From: Candidatus Daviesbacteria bacterium RIFCSPHIGHO2_02_FULL_43_12
GTDB taxonomy: Bacteria; Patescibacteriota; Microgenomatia; Daviesbacterales; UBA10151
Direction of reading: 5' to 3'
Assembly: GCA_001776775.1 (NCBI GenBank)
Contig: MFDD01000014.1
Coordinates: forward strand, 126,053 to 190,052
DNA: 64,000 nucleotides
A program made the translations under genes and the position numbers. The notes beneath the pieces are model-generated. The model saw only the letters and a program-made list of their open reading frames with translations. It did not search any database and was not told the origin of the DNA. The first letter of the stretch is position 1; each line of letters begins with the position of its first letter. Shown piece by piece: positions 36,962 through 46,409 of this stretch.

Positions 36962-37583
36962 TCGCTTCATGCGAAAGAACAACCCTCCTCCCTTTAGAGC
37001 CTTTAAGAAGTTCCGCTTAAAACAGGCCTTACAATTTAGTAGTTTTATCTACCAACTAGGAGAGTCTTCGCTGCTCCGGCAAAAATCGACTCCAGTTAAT
37101 TTAATAGCCCTGAAGACTGTCTCCCAGCAAAAAAAGATTGAGCATCTAAAAAACTATCTGCTGCGCTACCGAGAAATTACCGGGCAAGGCCGGGGAATTA
37201 CTGGTGTCCAGGTAGGAATACTGGAGAGGATTTCGGTAGTCTTTACTCCGGAAAACGAACTGCTGGTGATCATAAATCCCGTGATTACTAAGACTGCAAA
37301 TAAAAAATATAAATATCCGGAGATGTGTATGAGCGCTTGGCCAATTATCGCCCCGGTTATTCGCCCGGCTTGGATTGAGTTTGAATATTTCGATGAGAAC
37401 GGTCAGCAAAAAATCTGGAATGAAAAATCGGATACTGAGCGAGGTCGGATGTTAAATAGAGTTTTTCAACACGAATTTGATCACCTGGAGGGAGTTTTAA
37501 ATATTGATTACTGCAAAGGCGAGGATCTGATCCTTGAATCCGATCCTGACTTTTATAAAACAGCTACTTTTCAGGAGGTTTAG
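36954..37583 (+). CDS. def: Peptide deformylase (with N-terminal extension)
   Basis: GRGITGVQVG (GxGxAAxQ-like), EMCMSA (EGCLS-like) and HEFDHLEG (HExxH metal site) are the three PDF motifs. Confidence 0.65.
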   Translation: MYNRFMRKNNPPPFRAFKKFRLKQALQFSSFIYQLGESSLLRQKSTPVNLIALKTVSQQKKIEHLKNYLLRYREITGQGRGITGVQVGILERISVVFTPENELLVIINPVITKTANKKYKYPEMCMSAWPIIAPVIRPAWIEFEYFDENGQQKIWNEKSDTERGRMLNRVFQHEFDHLEGVLNIDYCKGEDLILESDPDFYKTATFQEV

Positions 37584-38398
37584 GGGAGTTTTTCAACATA
37601 TTGGGCAGATACATACCCTTCTTTTCCATCAGATAACTTAACCTTTTTCCAATTCGGAACCTCATCTAGTAAAGTCAGAACATCTCCGGGGGCAACCCTG
37701 CTGATTTCTACACTTGACTGATTAGCTTTACTACGGACCCGCAAGAATCCAGTAGGAGTATCCAGTACCTTAACTGAAGAGTTACTGCTGATCGGGTCAG
37801 TTGGAATCTGGGTAAGGTCAATCTCGGACACAGCCAAGTCCACTGCTAAGTTAAGTCTAAACCCGGCCGTGACCACTGATCGAATACTCCGAGTTAAAAA
37901 ATTGCCTTTGGTAAGCACAAATTGGTGTTCACCAGGAGTAATGTCTACTAGAGTGGGCGTTTTACCCTTTATTATTCCGTCAATGCTAACCTCGGCCCCA
38001 GATGGAGAGGAAATAATACTCACTCCTTCGCCTTTTTCCAAGGTAATTATCTCACCAGATGCTTCGGTTGAGCTTTTAGACAACTCTCGATTGACGACAG
38101 TCAGAGTACCCGGATTAAGCTTGACATAGCCTTGCCAGGAAAGAGCAGAGTCTCCTTTGATCTCCACCAGATGATCTCCTTTTTTAAGATCTTCTTTTTG
38201 GTAAGGAGTCTTACCCCCAGCCTGAGAATCAATAAAAACTTCACCAGCTGGATTACTTTCTACTCTGATTCCGGCCCGAGAAGAGCTCTCTAGAAAATCG
38301 CTGATATGTTTGCTGCTTAACCTAATCACAATAAAGAGGGCGCTTAAGGCCACAAAAAAAATAAAGACAGTTTTACGCATATCTATTATTATAACCAA
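37580..38398 (-). CDS. Secreted PEGA-like / SH3b-domain protein
   Basis: N-terminal signal/TM, beta-rich repeats and a C-terminal SH3b-like segment (PGDVLTLLDEVPNWKKVKLSDGKEGYVSAQYV). Confidence 0.4.
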   Translation of the reverse strand: MVIIIDMRKTVFIFFVALSALFIVIRLSSKHISDFLESSSRAGIRVESNPAGEVFIDSQAGGKTPYQKEDLKKGDHLVEIKGDSALSWQGYVKLNPGTLTVVNRELSKSSTEASGEIITLEKGEGVSIISSPSGAEVSIDGIIKGKTPTLVDITPGEHQFVLTKGNFLTRSIRSVVTAGFRLNLAVDLAVSEIDLTQIPTDPISSNSSVKVLDTPTGFLRVRSKANQSSVEISRVAPGDVLTLLDEVPNWKKVKLSDGKEGYVSAQYVEKLP

Positions 38399-38448
38399 AG
38401 GTTGCGCCTAAAGTCTAAGCCAAATAGATCATTAAACGAAGCTCTTAG

Positions 38449-38478
38449 TTTGACTTCCAGATAGATTTTTGCTATGAT
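38449..38478 (+). promoter_or_regulatory. Sigma-70-like promoter (TTGACT -18 bp- TATGAT) upstream of the M23 peptidase gene
   Basis: TTGACT at 38449-38454 and TATGAT at 38473-38478, about 40 bp before the start at 38519. Confidence 0.4.
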
Positions 38479-38518
38479 GCTTCCTTGTTCAGCTTAAAGC
38501 TTGCTTTAGCCGAGCGAT

Positions 38519-39172
38519 ATGTTTACAGCTAGACCATCATTCGGCCTGCCCAAGCTAACAAACTTCGCTAGAATTCCTGCTCGAATTGCGTTAGGGGTTT
38601 TCCTATTGGTTTTTTTCCTGGGGTATCAACCATACTTTGGCTATCCACCTCTTAAACATTCTGTAGTTTACGCTGAAGCTACTCAAGAACAAACTATTAG
38701 TTCACAAGCCTTACCTTTTGCTTTTCAATTACCTCATCTTGGCTATGTCAGTACCCATTTTTCTGTATATCACCCAGCGATCGACATTGCTGCCGGATTA
38801 GGCATGCCTATCCATCCCATCACCGGGGGAACTGTAGTCGATACTGGCTATAATCTCTGGGGGCTAGGGCTGGTAGTCACCCTTGACCATGGTCAAGGGT
38901 ACCATTCACTTTATGCCCATTTGGGCAAAATTTATGTTAAAACAGGTCAAAAAGTGAGTATGACCGATACCTTAGGTGAAGTCGGACTAACTGGAAATAC
39001 TTCCGGTCCCCATACTCATCTTGAACTAAGCAAAGCTGGAGTCAATATTAATCCCCTGCCTTTTCTGCCTCCCCTGCAAGATCTGGCCAGTGTCTATCCT
39101 CAACCGACCACTACTCCTTTAACCTCTCCCGCACCTTTGGATTTGAAAAAAGCTATAAAAGCTAGCTTGTAG
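38519..39172 (+). CDS. M23-family peptidase (LytM-like)
   Basis: HPAIDIAAGLGMPIHPITGGTVV...HGQGYHSLYAHL...GNTSGPHTHLE contains the HxxxD and HxH zinc-ligand motifs of M23 metallopeptidases. Confidence 0.8.
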   Translation: MFTARPSFGLPKLTNFARIPARIALGVFLLVFFLGYQPYFGYPPLKHSVVYAEATQEQTISSQALPFAFQLPHLGYVSTHFSVYHPAIDIAAGLGMPIHPITGGTVVDTGYNLWGLGLVVTLDHGQGYHSLYAHLGKIYVKTGQKVSMTDTLGEVGLTGNTSGPHTHLELSKAGVNINPLPFLPPLQDLASVYPQPTTTPLTSPAPLDLKKAIKASL

Positions 39173-39210
39173 CTCGTAATGTCCACCCGGGCGGGCTCTT
39201 CGTATATCGT

Positions 39211-39810
39211 TTATCGATCGACCAGCTCCCCTTCTATTTCTTCTAGCACCTCGGGGTTACGGCGAAAGTATTCTCTCTCCTGATGAATCAGCCTTTCGAG
39301 CACATTCTTAAACTCCAAGGGGTATTCAACATACTTAAGTATTAGCTCATCTTTATTCGCTCCGGCAGTATTTACGATAATGGTGCCATGGTGGAGGAGG
39401 AAGCGATCAATCAAGCCCTGGTCAACCTCAATATGGGTGATTTTGTCGTACAGGGCTGACGAGAGCCTGACTCTAAAAAAACCATGTTTAACCATCACGC
39501 GCCTGGTGGTCAGTAAATATCTATTTGATTGATAGATAATCCAAGTTTGCAAAGTGGAAGAAGCTACGGCCAAAATTATTCCTCCAATAAAACCATAGAG
39601 CAGATCAAATTTTTGGAAGTAAGCCAAGAGAATTCCAGCAAGCATATAAACTGCCCCCGGTAGCATGATCTGAATCATAAATTTCTGTCTCAAGTAAGTA
39701 TGTCCGTAGCCTGTAGCCACGATTAGCTCTTCGTCCTCAGACAAGTATTTAGCAAACTTTTGGGTCTCAGACTCAGGAATTTCTTTAGCGTAGTGAGGTT
39801 TTTGGGACAT
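39211..39810 (-). CDS. Membrane-flanked bacterial PH-domain (YdbT/DUF304-like) protein
   Basis: Two TM helices following an N-terminal segment, and a C-terminal PH-like beta region (TTRRVMVKHGFFRV...HIEVDQGLIDRFL). Confidence 0.45.
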   Translation of the reverse strand: MSQKPHYAKEIPESETQKFAKYLSEDEELIVATGYGHTYLRQKFMIQIMLPGAVYMLAGILLAYFQKFDLLYGFIGGIILAVASSTLQTWIIYQSNRYLLTTRRVMVKHGFFRVRLSSALYDKITHIEVDQGLIDRFLLHHGTIIVNTAGANKDELILKYVEYPLEFKNVLERLIHQEREYFRRNPEVLEEIEGELVDR

Positions 39811-39857
39811 CTATATTCATTCTACGAGTGTTGCAGCACTTGTGCAAATGAGGAAGT

Positions 39858-41474
39858 TTACATATCCATACCCGGCATACCCCCAGGCTGGGGTTTCTCT
39901 TTTTCCGGAGCGTCCGTAATAAGCACGTTAGTTGTCATCACCATGATCGCCACCGAGGCCGCATTTTGCAAAGCAGTTCTGGTTACCTTTACCGGATCAA
40001 TAACTCCGGCCTTTACTAAATCTTTAATCAAACCATCGCTAACATCTAAACCCATATTACCGCTAACTTCCAGAATCTTAGAGAGCATTAGCCCGGCATC
40101 GAATCCGGCGTTTTCTACTAGTCTTCTAAACGGTTGTTCAATTGCTCTTTTTACAATCTCTACACCAACTTTTTCTTCGCCTTCTAGTTTCAGGCTTGTT
40201 AAAGATTTTGCTACTCGTAATAATGCGACTTCTCCTCCTGGAACTATACCTTCTTCAATCGCCGCCTTGGTAGCTGCGACCGCATCGATTACTCTTTCTT
40301 TCTTCTCTTTCATCTCCACTTCTGTGGCTGCTCCCACATTAATTACTGCTACCCCGCCAGTAAGCTTTGCTAAACGCTCCTGAAGCTTCTCTTTATCAAA
40401 CTCAGACTCGGTATTTTCCATTTCACGACGAATTTGGGTAATTCGGGCGGCAATCCGTTTTGGCTCACCCTTTCCATCAACGATCAAAGTCGAGTCTTTG
40501 GTAGATCTAATTCTAGCAGCCCTACCCAAATCCGAAACCTCTACCGATTCAATCTTCGTTCCCATATCCGCCGAGATTACTTTACCGCCAGTTAAAATAG
40601 CAATATCCTCGAGCATGGCTTTACGTCTGTCTCCAAATCCGGGAGCTGACAAGGCTAATACCTGGAATGTGCCTCGTAATTTATTCACTATTAATGTCGC
40701 TAAAGCATCACCTTCAACTTCATCAGCAATAATTACTAAAGTTTTAGATACGGCAACAAATTTCTCTAAGAAGGGTAGTAGATCTTGCTGCATTGAGGAG
40801 ATCTTTTTGTCGGTAATCAATATATACGGATCCTCTAGGCTGGCTTCCATATGTTCCGTATCAGTCACAAAGTATGGTGAAGCATAACCTTTTTCAAACT
40901 CCATCCCTTCTTTATAGTCGATAGACATAGCCGTCGCTCTACCCTCTTCCACTGTAATCACTCCGTCTTTACCAATTTTGGTAATTGCTTCAGAGATGAG
41001 CGCCCCTATCTCTTCATTTTGAGCAGAGATAGTCGCAACCTGAGTAGTTTCTCCTGGGGTAGTGATTTTTTTAGCCATTTTACTCAGAGCCTGAACCAAT
41101 ACAGTCACCGCCTGGTCAATGCCTTTACGCAAGATCATTGGATTAGATCCTGCCTGGATATTTTTCAGTCCTTCAGACACAATTGCCTGCGCTAAAATAG
41201 TCGCTGTAGTTGTACCATCTCCCGCGATATCGTTGGTTCTGGAAGCAGCTTCTTTGATAAGTTGAGCACCCATATTCTCGAAAGGATCTGCCAGTTCAAT
41301 CTCTTTGGCAACAGTTACTCCATCATGGACCACTGCCGGAGCTCCCCATTTTTTGTCGATCGCTACGTTACGCCCTTTTGGACCTAGGGTGGAAGCCACT
41401 GCCTCGCTAAGGAGATTAATCCCTTTCAATAATTTCTCTCTAGCCTCTGTGTCGAATTTTAAAATTTTTGGCAT
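39858..41474 (-). CDS. groEL: Chaperonin GroEL
   Basis: [48 protein letters not shown] and the C-terminal GGMPGMDM tail are diagnostic. Confidence 0.9.
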   Translation of the reverse strand: MPKILKFDTEAREKLLKGINLLSEAVASTLGPKGRNVAIDKKWGAPAVVHDGVTVAKEIELADPFENMGAQLIKEAASRTNDIAGDGTTTATILAQAIVSEGLKNIQAGSNPMILRKGIDQAVTVLVQALSKMAKKITTPGETTQVATISAQNEEIGALISEAITKIGKDGVITVEEGRATAMSIDYKEGMEFEKGYASPYFVTDTEHMEASLEDPYILITDKKISSMQQDLLPFLEKFVAVSKTLVIIADEVEGDALATLIVNKLRGTFQVLALSAPGFGDRRKAMLEDIAILTGGKVISADMGTKIESVEVSDLGRAARIRSTKDSTLIVDGKGEPKRIAARITQIRREMENTESEFDKEKLQERLAKLTGGVAVINVGAATEVEMKEKKERVIDAVAATKAAIEEGIVPGGEVALLRVAKSLTSLKLEGEEKVGVEIVKRAIEQPFRRLVENAGFDAGLMLSKILEVSGNMGLDVSDGLIKDLVKAGVIDPVKVTRTALQNAASVAIMVMTTNVLITDAPEKEKPQPGGMPGMDM

Positions 41475-41497
41475 AATTTTTATCTCGTTTTAAATAA

Positions 41498-41809
41498 CTA
41501 CGGCTCGAAAACAGCCATGACATCATCAAATCTGACTAGCTTGTAATCTACTCCACCAACCTTGATCTCATCTCCACCCCATTTTTTGTAAATAATTTTA
41601 TCCCCAAGAGCGACCGGCGGCATAATTTCTCGACCTAAATCGTACAGAGGTCCGCCTACTGCTATAACTGTCCCTTGAGCAGGTTTTTCCTGAACCGTTT
41701 CGGGTAGCACAATCCCTGATGCTGTTTTTGTCTCAGCTTGGCTCGGTTCAACTAAAAGATACCCTGATAACGGACGGAGTCCTATTTTTTTTATATTTGT
41801 ATTGACCAT
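41498..41809 (-). CDS. groES: Co-chaperonin GroES
   Basis: LRPLSGYLLVEP...SGIVLPE...GTVIAVG and YKKWGGDEIKV fit the GroES family; 103 aa. Confidence 0.9.
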   Translation of the reverse strand: MVNTNIKKIGLRPLSGYLLVEPSQAETKTASGIVLPETVQEKPAQGTVIAVGGPLYDLGREIMPPVALGDKIIYKKWGGDEIKVGGVDYKLVRFDDVMAVFEP

Positions 41810-41873
41810 AAATTAAAAAGTCGCTTCTCGAATGGGCAGAAGATTTTAGAGTCGTCTAAATATATACCTTAAA

Positions 41874-41900
41874 TTAGCACTGTTTGTCAAGAGGTGCTAA
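41874..41900. promoter_or_regulatory. CIRCE operator upstream of groES-groEL
   Basis: TTAGCACTG-TTTGTCAAG-AGGTGCTAA fits TTAGCACTC-N9-GAGTGCTAA (8/9 and 7/9). It lies about 65 bp upstream of the groES start. Confidence 0.6.
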
Positions 41901-41907
41901 TAAACAA

Positions 41908-42699
41908 TTACCCAACTTCTGTTTGGAGCCAAAAGTTAAGGTGTCGTCTTTGAATATGTAGGCGGCTCTCCAGAGAGCAGTTCATTGATGTTTCCAGGGT
42001 TGTAACTCTCTTGCTGATACCCTTTAGTACTAAGCATCCTCCCAAAGAACCTAGCTTACCGATTTGAGGATCCGTTTTGGCACCAGGCGAACGAGGAATT
42101 ATCCCTGCTTTACTTCTCATCCCACATATTTTAGGATTTTTATTGACCTTTATCCCTTGAAGACTGATCCAGTCTAAAAATTTATAGCATAGCTCAAAGA
42201 TCTGTGGATCGGCTGACCCGTCTCCTGTTTCGTAGATATAAGCTCCTAGGTTTTGTTGATCAATATCTTCATGCATATCCAGATGATGGTTAAAAAGACA
42301 ATTTTTAAGATACCTTAAGACTATTTCGTTCTCCGGAAAACAGTCAACTTTACCAAAATACCGATTTAAATCCTTATTTCCCGATCCTCTTCTGGTCTTT
42401 TTTTCGAAGCCGGTTGGGTTGATAATTGGAATAATTGTAAAGGTATACTCTTTAAGATAATGCTTTAAATCATGCTTTAGAAACTCTGCTAAGGCTAGCG
42501 GTGCCGCTTGTTCCTCACCATGTGTTCCGGCCGTTATTAGAATTTGTCTGGGACCATTACCAGCTTTAGCTGCATATAGGGGAACCTTTGTCGTATCCGA
42601 ATAAAAACTACCAATTTGAGTGAGGGTAGATTTTAGATCTTCAAAGACTGGCTGGAGTGTTTTTATTAAAGCAAAATAACCAGGAAGAGTGTTAAGCAT
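41908..42699 (-). CDS. M14-like zinc carboxypeptidase / AstE-AspA family hydrolase
   Basis: ILITAGTHGEEQA (HxxE zinc motif) and IIPIINPTGF are typical of the succinylglutamate desuccinylase/aspartoacylase and M14 fold. Confidence 0.5.
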   Translation of the reverse strand: MLNTLPGYFALIKTLQPVFEDLKSTLTQIGSFYSDTTKVPLYAAKAGNGPRQILITAGTHGEEQAAPLALAEFLKHDLKHYLKEYTFTIIPIINPTGFEKKTRRGSGNKDLNRYFGKVDCFPENEIVLRYLKNCLFNHHLDMHEDIDQQNLGAYIYETGDGSADPQIFELCYKFLDWISLQGIKVNKNPKICGMRSKAGIIPRSPGAKTDPQIGKLGSLGGCLVLKGISKRVTTLETSMNCSLESRLHIQRRHLNFWLQTEVG

Positions 42700-42798
42700 T
42701 TGGGGAAGGATATAGAATCCATGCCCTTAAATTTTAAAGATTGATAGAAGAGCTGTCAATGCTTTTGCGCTTGAAAAATGAAAAGTACCTTACTTCTT

Positions 42799-43056
42799 TT
42801 AAATGTCTCGACTCTGAAACAACCTGCCGATAAATAAAAGCAAGAGCGACCCACCTACCGCAATTAAAAATGAGGTTAAGTTAAAGCCACTTATAGTCAG
42901 GCCAAGTAAGACATTTGCCAGAAAGCCTCCTACTAAAGCACCTATGATTCCTAAGACAATCGAGCCGAGAACTCCACCTCGAGAAGGTTCTGGATCAAGT
43001 AAATTAGCAATACTTCCGGCAATAAGACCGAAGAGTACCCAAGTTAAAATATTCAT
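42799..43056 (-). CDS. GlsB/YeaQ/YmgE-family stress membrane protein
   Basis: MNILTWVLFGLIAGSIANLL...GIIGALVGGFLANVL is the signature of this small transglycosylase-associated family. Confidence 0.65.
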   Translation of the reverse strand: MNILTWVLFGLIAGSIANLLDPEPSRGGVLGSIVLGIIGALVGGFLANVLLGLTISGFNLTSFLIAVGGSLLLLFIGRLFQSRDI

Positions 43057-43089
43057 CCGCTATTTTCTCACCCCCTTTTATTAAATACA

Positions 43090-43326
43090 TTAGTACCAAC
43101 CTTTTGCTTGACCCCCCTTACGGCCAGCTTCTCTGGCTCTTTGGGGATCATTTTTAAAGTTTCCGGGACTCATTCGCCCACCCTTTCGACCAATCGTGCT
43201 ATAGAATCTTTCTCCATGAGTTTTGGCAGTCGCCTGACCTCCCTTACGGCCAGCACGGGCATGTCCGATGGAATCTCCCCTCCAACCTCGACCGCTATCC
43301 GTTTTAGTTTTAGACATCCTAAGCAT
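43090..43326 (-). CDS. KGG-repeat stress-induced protein
   Basis: Repeated GRKGGQA, GRKGGRM and GRKGGQAKG (KGG motifs) in a 78-aa basic protein. Confidence 0.55.
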   Translation of the reverse strand: MLRMSKTKTDSGRGWRGDSIGHARAGRKGGQATAKTHGERFYSTIGRKGGRMSPGNFKNDPQRAREAGRKGGQAKGWY

Positions 43327-43366
43327 TTGAGTTTACCTCACCTCCTACTTGTTATAATAGCTTTCT

Positions 43367-44743
43367 TTGGTAAGACCCCCCTGTGAGGCCTGTAAGAGCT
43401 TGGAAAGACTTAGATTTGCTTCTGAGGACTTAAATGTTACAATCATAGAAATCGTGACGAGATCTAGTATTATAGAAGCACAGTATCCAAATAACTTCAG
43501 GGAGAAGGATGCTTTAGCTCTGTCTTCAAATCTGGCGTCTGATCAGTCCTTGGTGCTGATTGGCATAAAAAGGGTGGGGATTAGTAACTTCCTGCGCTTT
43601 TATTTAAATCACCCGCATATCATTTCTCAGCTAGAAAGAGGTGGTAGAAAATACCTCTTTATCAAAGTAGATCTCAATGACTTGGTAGAAAAAGAGATTT
43701 ATCCTTTTTGGGTACTCACCTTTAAGCGGATTGTTGACGCAACAGAAGAATCATCCCTGGACACCGAAACTCAAAAAAAGATCGCGGAACTCTTTTTGGA
43801 TAGTATTCAATCTAAGCACTTGGTTTTACTGCTTGATGGAATTCGAAAAAGTTTACAGCTGCTGGTTGAGGAGAGGATAACTCCAACAATTTTTTTTGTA
43901 CGGTTTGATCGTATGCGCGAATCTGTAACCCCAGATTTTTTTGCTAATTTACAAAGCTTAAAGGATGTCGCACATCGGTTACTGACTCTCATTTTTACTA
44001 GTTTTCGTAGCTTAGATCAGCTTGCTCCTTTGGTCTTCTCTAAAGCGTCCCTTTCTATGTTTGCTAAAAACATGTACCTAAAACCAGTACACGAGGAGGA
44101 CTTAGAGATTATTTATAATGTTTATCAAAAAAACTATGATTTAAGTTTCAGTTTAGAAATTAAAAAAAAGCTTTTTGAAAGTGTTGGAGGATATATCCAA
44201 TTCTTGCAGTTAGCACTAATTTTACTTCACGAAAATCGATTGGTAGTTACTCCTGATCAACTGTTTGATGCTCTTTGTAAAGATGAGCGAATTATTTTGC
44301 AGTGTGAAGAACTATGGGAAAGTTTAACTCCTGATGAAAAACAGATCTTGCTTAAGATTCACCATAAACAACCTTTGCGTCCAGAAGACAAGGAGAAGGG
44401 AGCTTATCTCTGGGATACTGGTATGGTCCATAGTAAAGGCAAACTCTTCTCTCCTCTTTTTAGTTATTTTCTCGAATCTAATATGAAACACAAAAGCCAT
44501 ACATCGGTAGATTTTACAAAAAAGGAGCTACTATTTTTTCATTACCTAGAGAATAATAAGTTAGGGATTTGCGATAGAGAAAGTATTATCACCGCTGTTT
44601 GGCCAGAAGAAGAAGATTTAGGAGTGTCTGACTGGGCGATTGATAGGTTGGTTTCCAGAGTCCGCAGTAAACTTAAAAAGCAAAAAAGCCGTTACCAAAT
44701 AGTCACCATTAAAACCCGCGGCTTTAGATTGGTAGAAAGTTAA
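43367..44743 (+). CDS. Transcriptional regulator with C-terminal OmpR/PhoB-type winged helix and a large N-terminal NTPase/STAND-like domain
   Basis: The C-terminus LLFFHYLENNKLGICDRESIITAVWPEE...AIDRLVSRVRSKLKK...IKTRGFRL is a trans_reg_C domain. There is no receiver domain. The roughly 370-aa N-terminal region is alpha/beta and otherwise unassigned. Confidence 0.45.
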   Translation: MVRPPCEACKSLERLRFASEDLNVTIIEIVTRSSIIEAQYPNNFREKDALALSSNLASDQSLVLIGIKRVGISNFLRFYLNHPHIISQLERGGRKYLFIKVDLNDLVEKEIYPFWVLTFKRIVDATEESSLDTETQKKIAELFLDSIQSKHLVLLLDGIRKSLQLLVEERITPTIFFVRFDRMRESVTPDFFANLQSLKDVAHRLLTLIFTSFRSLDQLAPLVFSKASLSMFAKNMYLKPVHEEDLEIIYNVYQKNYDLSFSLEIKKKLFESVGGYIQFLQLALILLHENRLVVTPDQLFDALCKDERIILQCEELWESLTPDEKQILLKIHHKQPLRPEDKEKGAYLWDTGMVHSKGKLFSPLFSYFLESNMKHKSHTSVDFTKKELLFFHYLENNKLGICDRESIITAVWPEEEDLGVSDWAIDRLVSRVRSKLKKQKSRYQIVTIKTRGFRLVES

Positions 44744-44758
44744 CCAAAGGTAAAAGCG

Positions 44759-44798
44759 TAGAGTTTGGGCTACGAAGAATCAAACTCTAGTTTTGTTG
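44759..44798. terminator. Rho-independent terminator-like hairpin between convergent genes
   Basis: TAGAGTTTG / CAAACTCTA 9-bp stem with a 13-nt loop, followed by GTTTTGTTG. It lies 16 bp after the stop of the + strand regulator gene. Confidence 0.4.
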
Positions 44799-44857
44799 AA
44801 GTATTGCTTGAAAATCTTCCAGAAACTTTACTGACTAATCCCATCATATCAAAAAAA

Positions 44858-45355
44858 CTAGAGATTAAAGCTTGTGACTTCTGTGACCTGATTACCAAGT
44901 TGCTGATAAACTTTCTTCAGATCCTCTCCTCTAGCTTGGATTGTTTGAGTAGGATAGAGCGGACTAAAGAGTAGCCATTCTTGTTCATAGATTTGTGGAT
45001 CAATATAAATTGGATATTGTTCATTAAAACCAAAGGGATAAGCACAACCCGGTTCAGCTCCAAAATTGTCCATTAACTCCTCCTGAGTAGCCAGTCTTAC
45101 TTTAGTAGCATTTAAGACTTCCTTCATATTTTCAAAATTTACTTTTTGTCCTTGGATGGTAATATAGACCAGAAAGTTATCATCAGCTTTTAGAACTAGA
45201 CATTTCCCCTCTGTTCCAATGAACCCTGTTTCTTTTTGGACTGCTGCTAAATCTTCATACGTCAAAGCTGCGCGATGCTTAAGTAGTTTATATTCCACTA
45301 CTGAGTCGTTCATTAGTTGAATAATTCTTTGATAGATTGCCTGTTGATCAACCAT
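44858..45355 (-). CDS. YbaK/EbsC-family aminoacyl-tRNA deacylase
   Basis: GKCLVLKADDNFLVYITIQGQKVNFENMKEVLNATKVRLATQEE...PGCAYPFGF follows the YbaK/ProX pattern, including the GxxPFG loop. Confidence 0.6.
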   Translation of the reverse strand: MVDQQAIYQRIIQLMNDSVVEYKLLKHRAALTYEDLAAVQKETGFIGTEGKCLVLKADDNFLVYITIQGQKVNFENMKEVLNATKVRLATQEELMDNFGAEPGCAYPFGFNEQYPIYIDPQIYEQEWLLFSPLYPTQTIQARGEDLKKVYQQLGNQVTEVTSFNL

Positions 45356-45773
45356 TTTTCTTTAACCTTTTGAGATTAAGTTTAGTAATTATGGATAAAG
45401 GTTGGGGTAAGTTATCTAAGCCAAACCATCCAATGGCGTCGCATTTATGTGGTTCCATAATTTTGGGGGCTTGCCCTGATTTTAGTTTAGCAAGATAAGT
45501 CACGGCAATCCAGTGCTGCTTTTCTTCCGGGATAACATGATCCTCTGCAGAAAGTTGTTTGATTATCTCGATTTCAATGCCGTATTCTTCGAGCATCTCC
45601 CTTCTAACAGTTTCCTCCATTGTTTCATCAAAATGCATTGATCCTCCCGGAACTTCCCAGCATCCCCTTTCGTTACTGGCGTTTTCGGAACGCTTAGCCA
45701 AAAATAAGTCTCCTTGGTCATTGAAGGTAGCCGCTCCAATACCAACTCCGATATAATCTAGGCCTTGTTTCAT
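45348..45773 (-). CDS. NUDIX hydrolase
   Basis: GGSMHFDETMEETVRREMLEEYGIE is a Nudix box. 8-bp overlap with the downstream YbaK gene. Confidence 0.7.
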   Translation of the reverse strand: MKQGLDYIGVGIGAATFNDQGDLFLAKRSENASNERGCWEVPGGSMHFDETMEETVRREMLEEYGIEIEIIKQLSAEDHVIPEEKQHWIAVTYLAKLKSGQAPKIMEPHKCDAIGWFGLDNLPQPLSIITKLNLKRLKKNG

Positions 45774-46363
45774 AAAATATTTTTTTCGACTACCTTTTCA
45801 AAGTTTTTGAAGTCAGTATAAAGATGCGCTTTCCATCCAACATTTTTTGCTCCCTGCACATTCTCTAGACCATCATCAAAAAACAAAATTTCTTCGGGCT
45901 TTAATTTTATCTCTTGACGAATGGTATTAAAAAATTCTGGAGATGGCTTTTTTTGACCGAGGTGTGCAGAGATAAAAACTTTATCCACCGCCAGACCAAG
46001 CCCTAAAACTTCTGTTAAATACTCTCCACGATACTTTTCTTGATTACTGGCTACAAAGATTTTTACTCCTTTCAGTTTTAAATCGTTTATAACGGCCATT
46101 ACTTTGGGGTCTAAGGTAGTATCCGATTCAAACCAGTAGCCAAGCAGCTCGTCGACAGATTTATCCCAGCCCCATTTTTTTAGATGATTTTTTAAAACCT
46201 CTTTTAGGTCGGCTCTGCCTAAGATACACTGTTCAAAGTCGGAATGGAAAAAATAAGCAAGATGATCACTGGCTAGACCATGCTCTTTGGTATACCTATT
46301 ACTAAAACGGAACAACTCGGGAAGGAGTACTCCATCTATATCAAAAACAATTGCTTTAATCAT
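45770..46363 (-). CDS. HAD-superfamily hydrolase
   Basis: MIKAIVFDIDGVLL is motif I (DxDGxL). FFDDGLENVQGAK is motif IV. Confidence 0.65.
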   Translation of the reverse strand: MIKAIVFDIDGVLLPELFRFSNRYTKEHGLASDHLAYFFHSDFEQCILGRADLKEVLKNHLKKWGWDKSVDELLGYWFESDTTLDPKVMAVINDLKLKGVKIFVASNQEKYRGEYLTEVLGLGLAVDKVFISAHLGQKKPSPEFFNTIRQEIKLKPEEILFFDDGLENVQGAKNVGWKAHLYTDFKNFEKVVEKNIL

Positions 46364-46409
46364 CTTGTCTATTATATCAGCTGTTGTTACAATCTCTTTT
46401 ACACTCTTG

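Noticed and set aside
44765-44974. 69-aa plus-strand ORF after the regulator gene
   Set aside because: It overlaps the terminator hairpin and runs antisense into the 3' end of the YbaK gene. It has no RBS or motif support.
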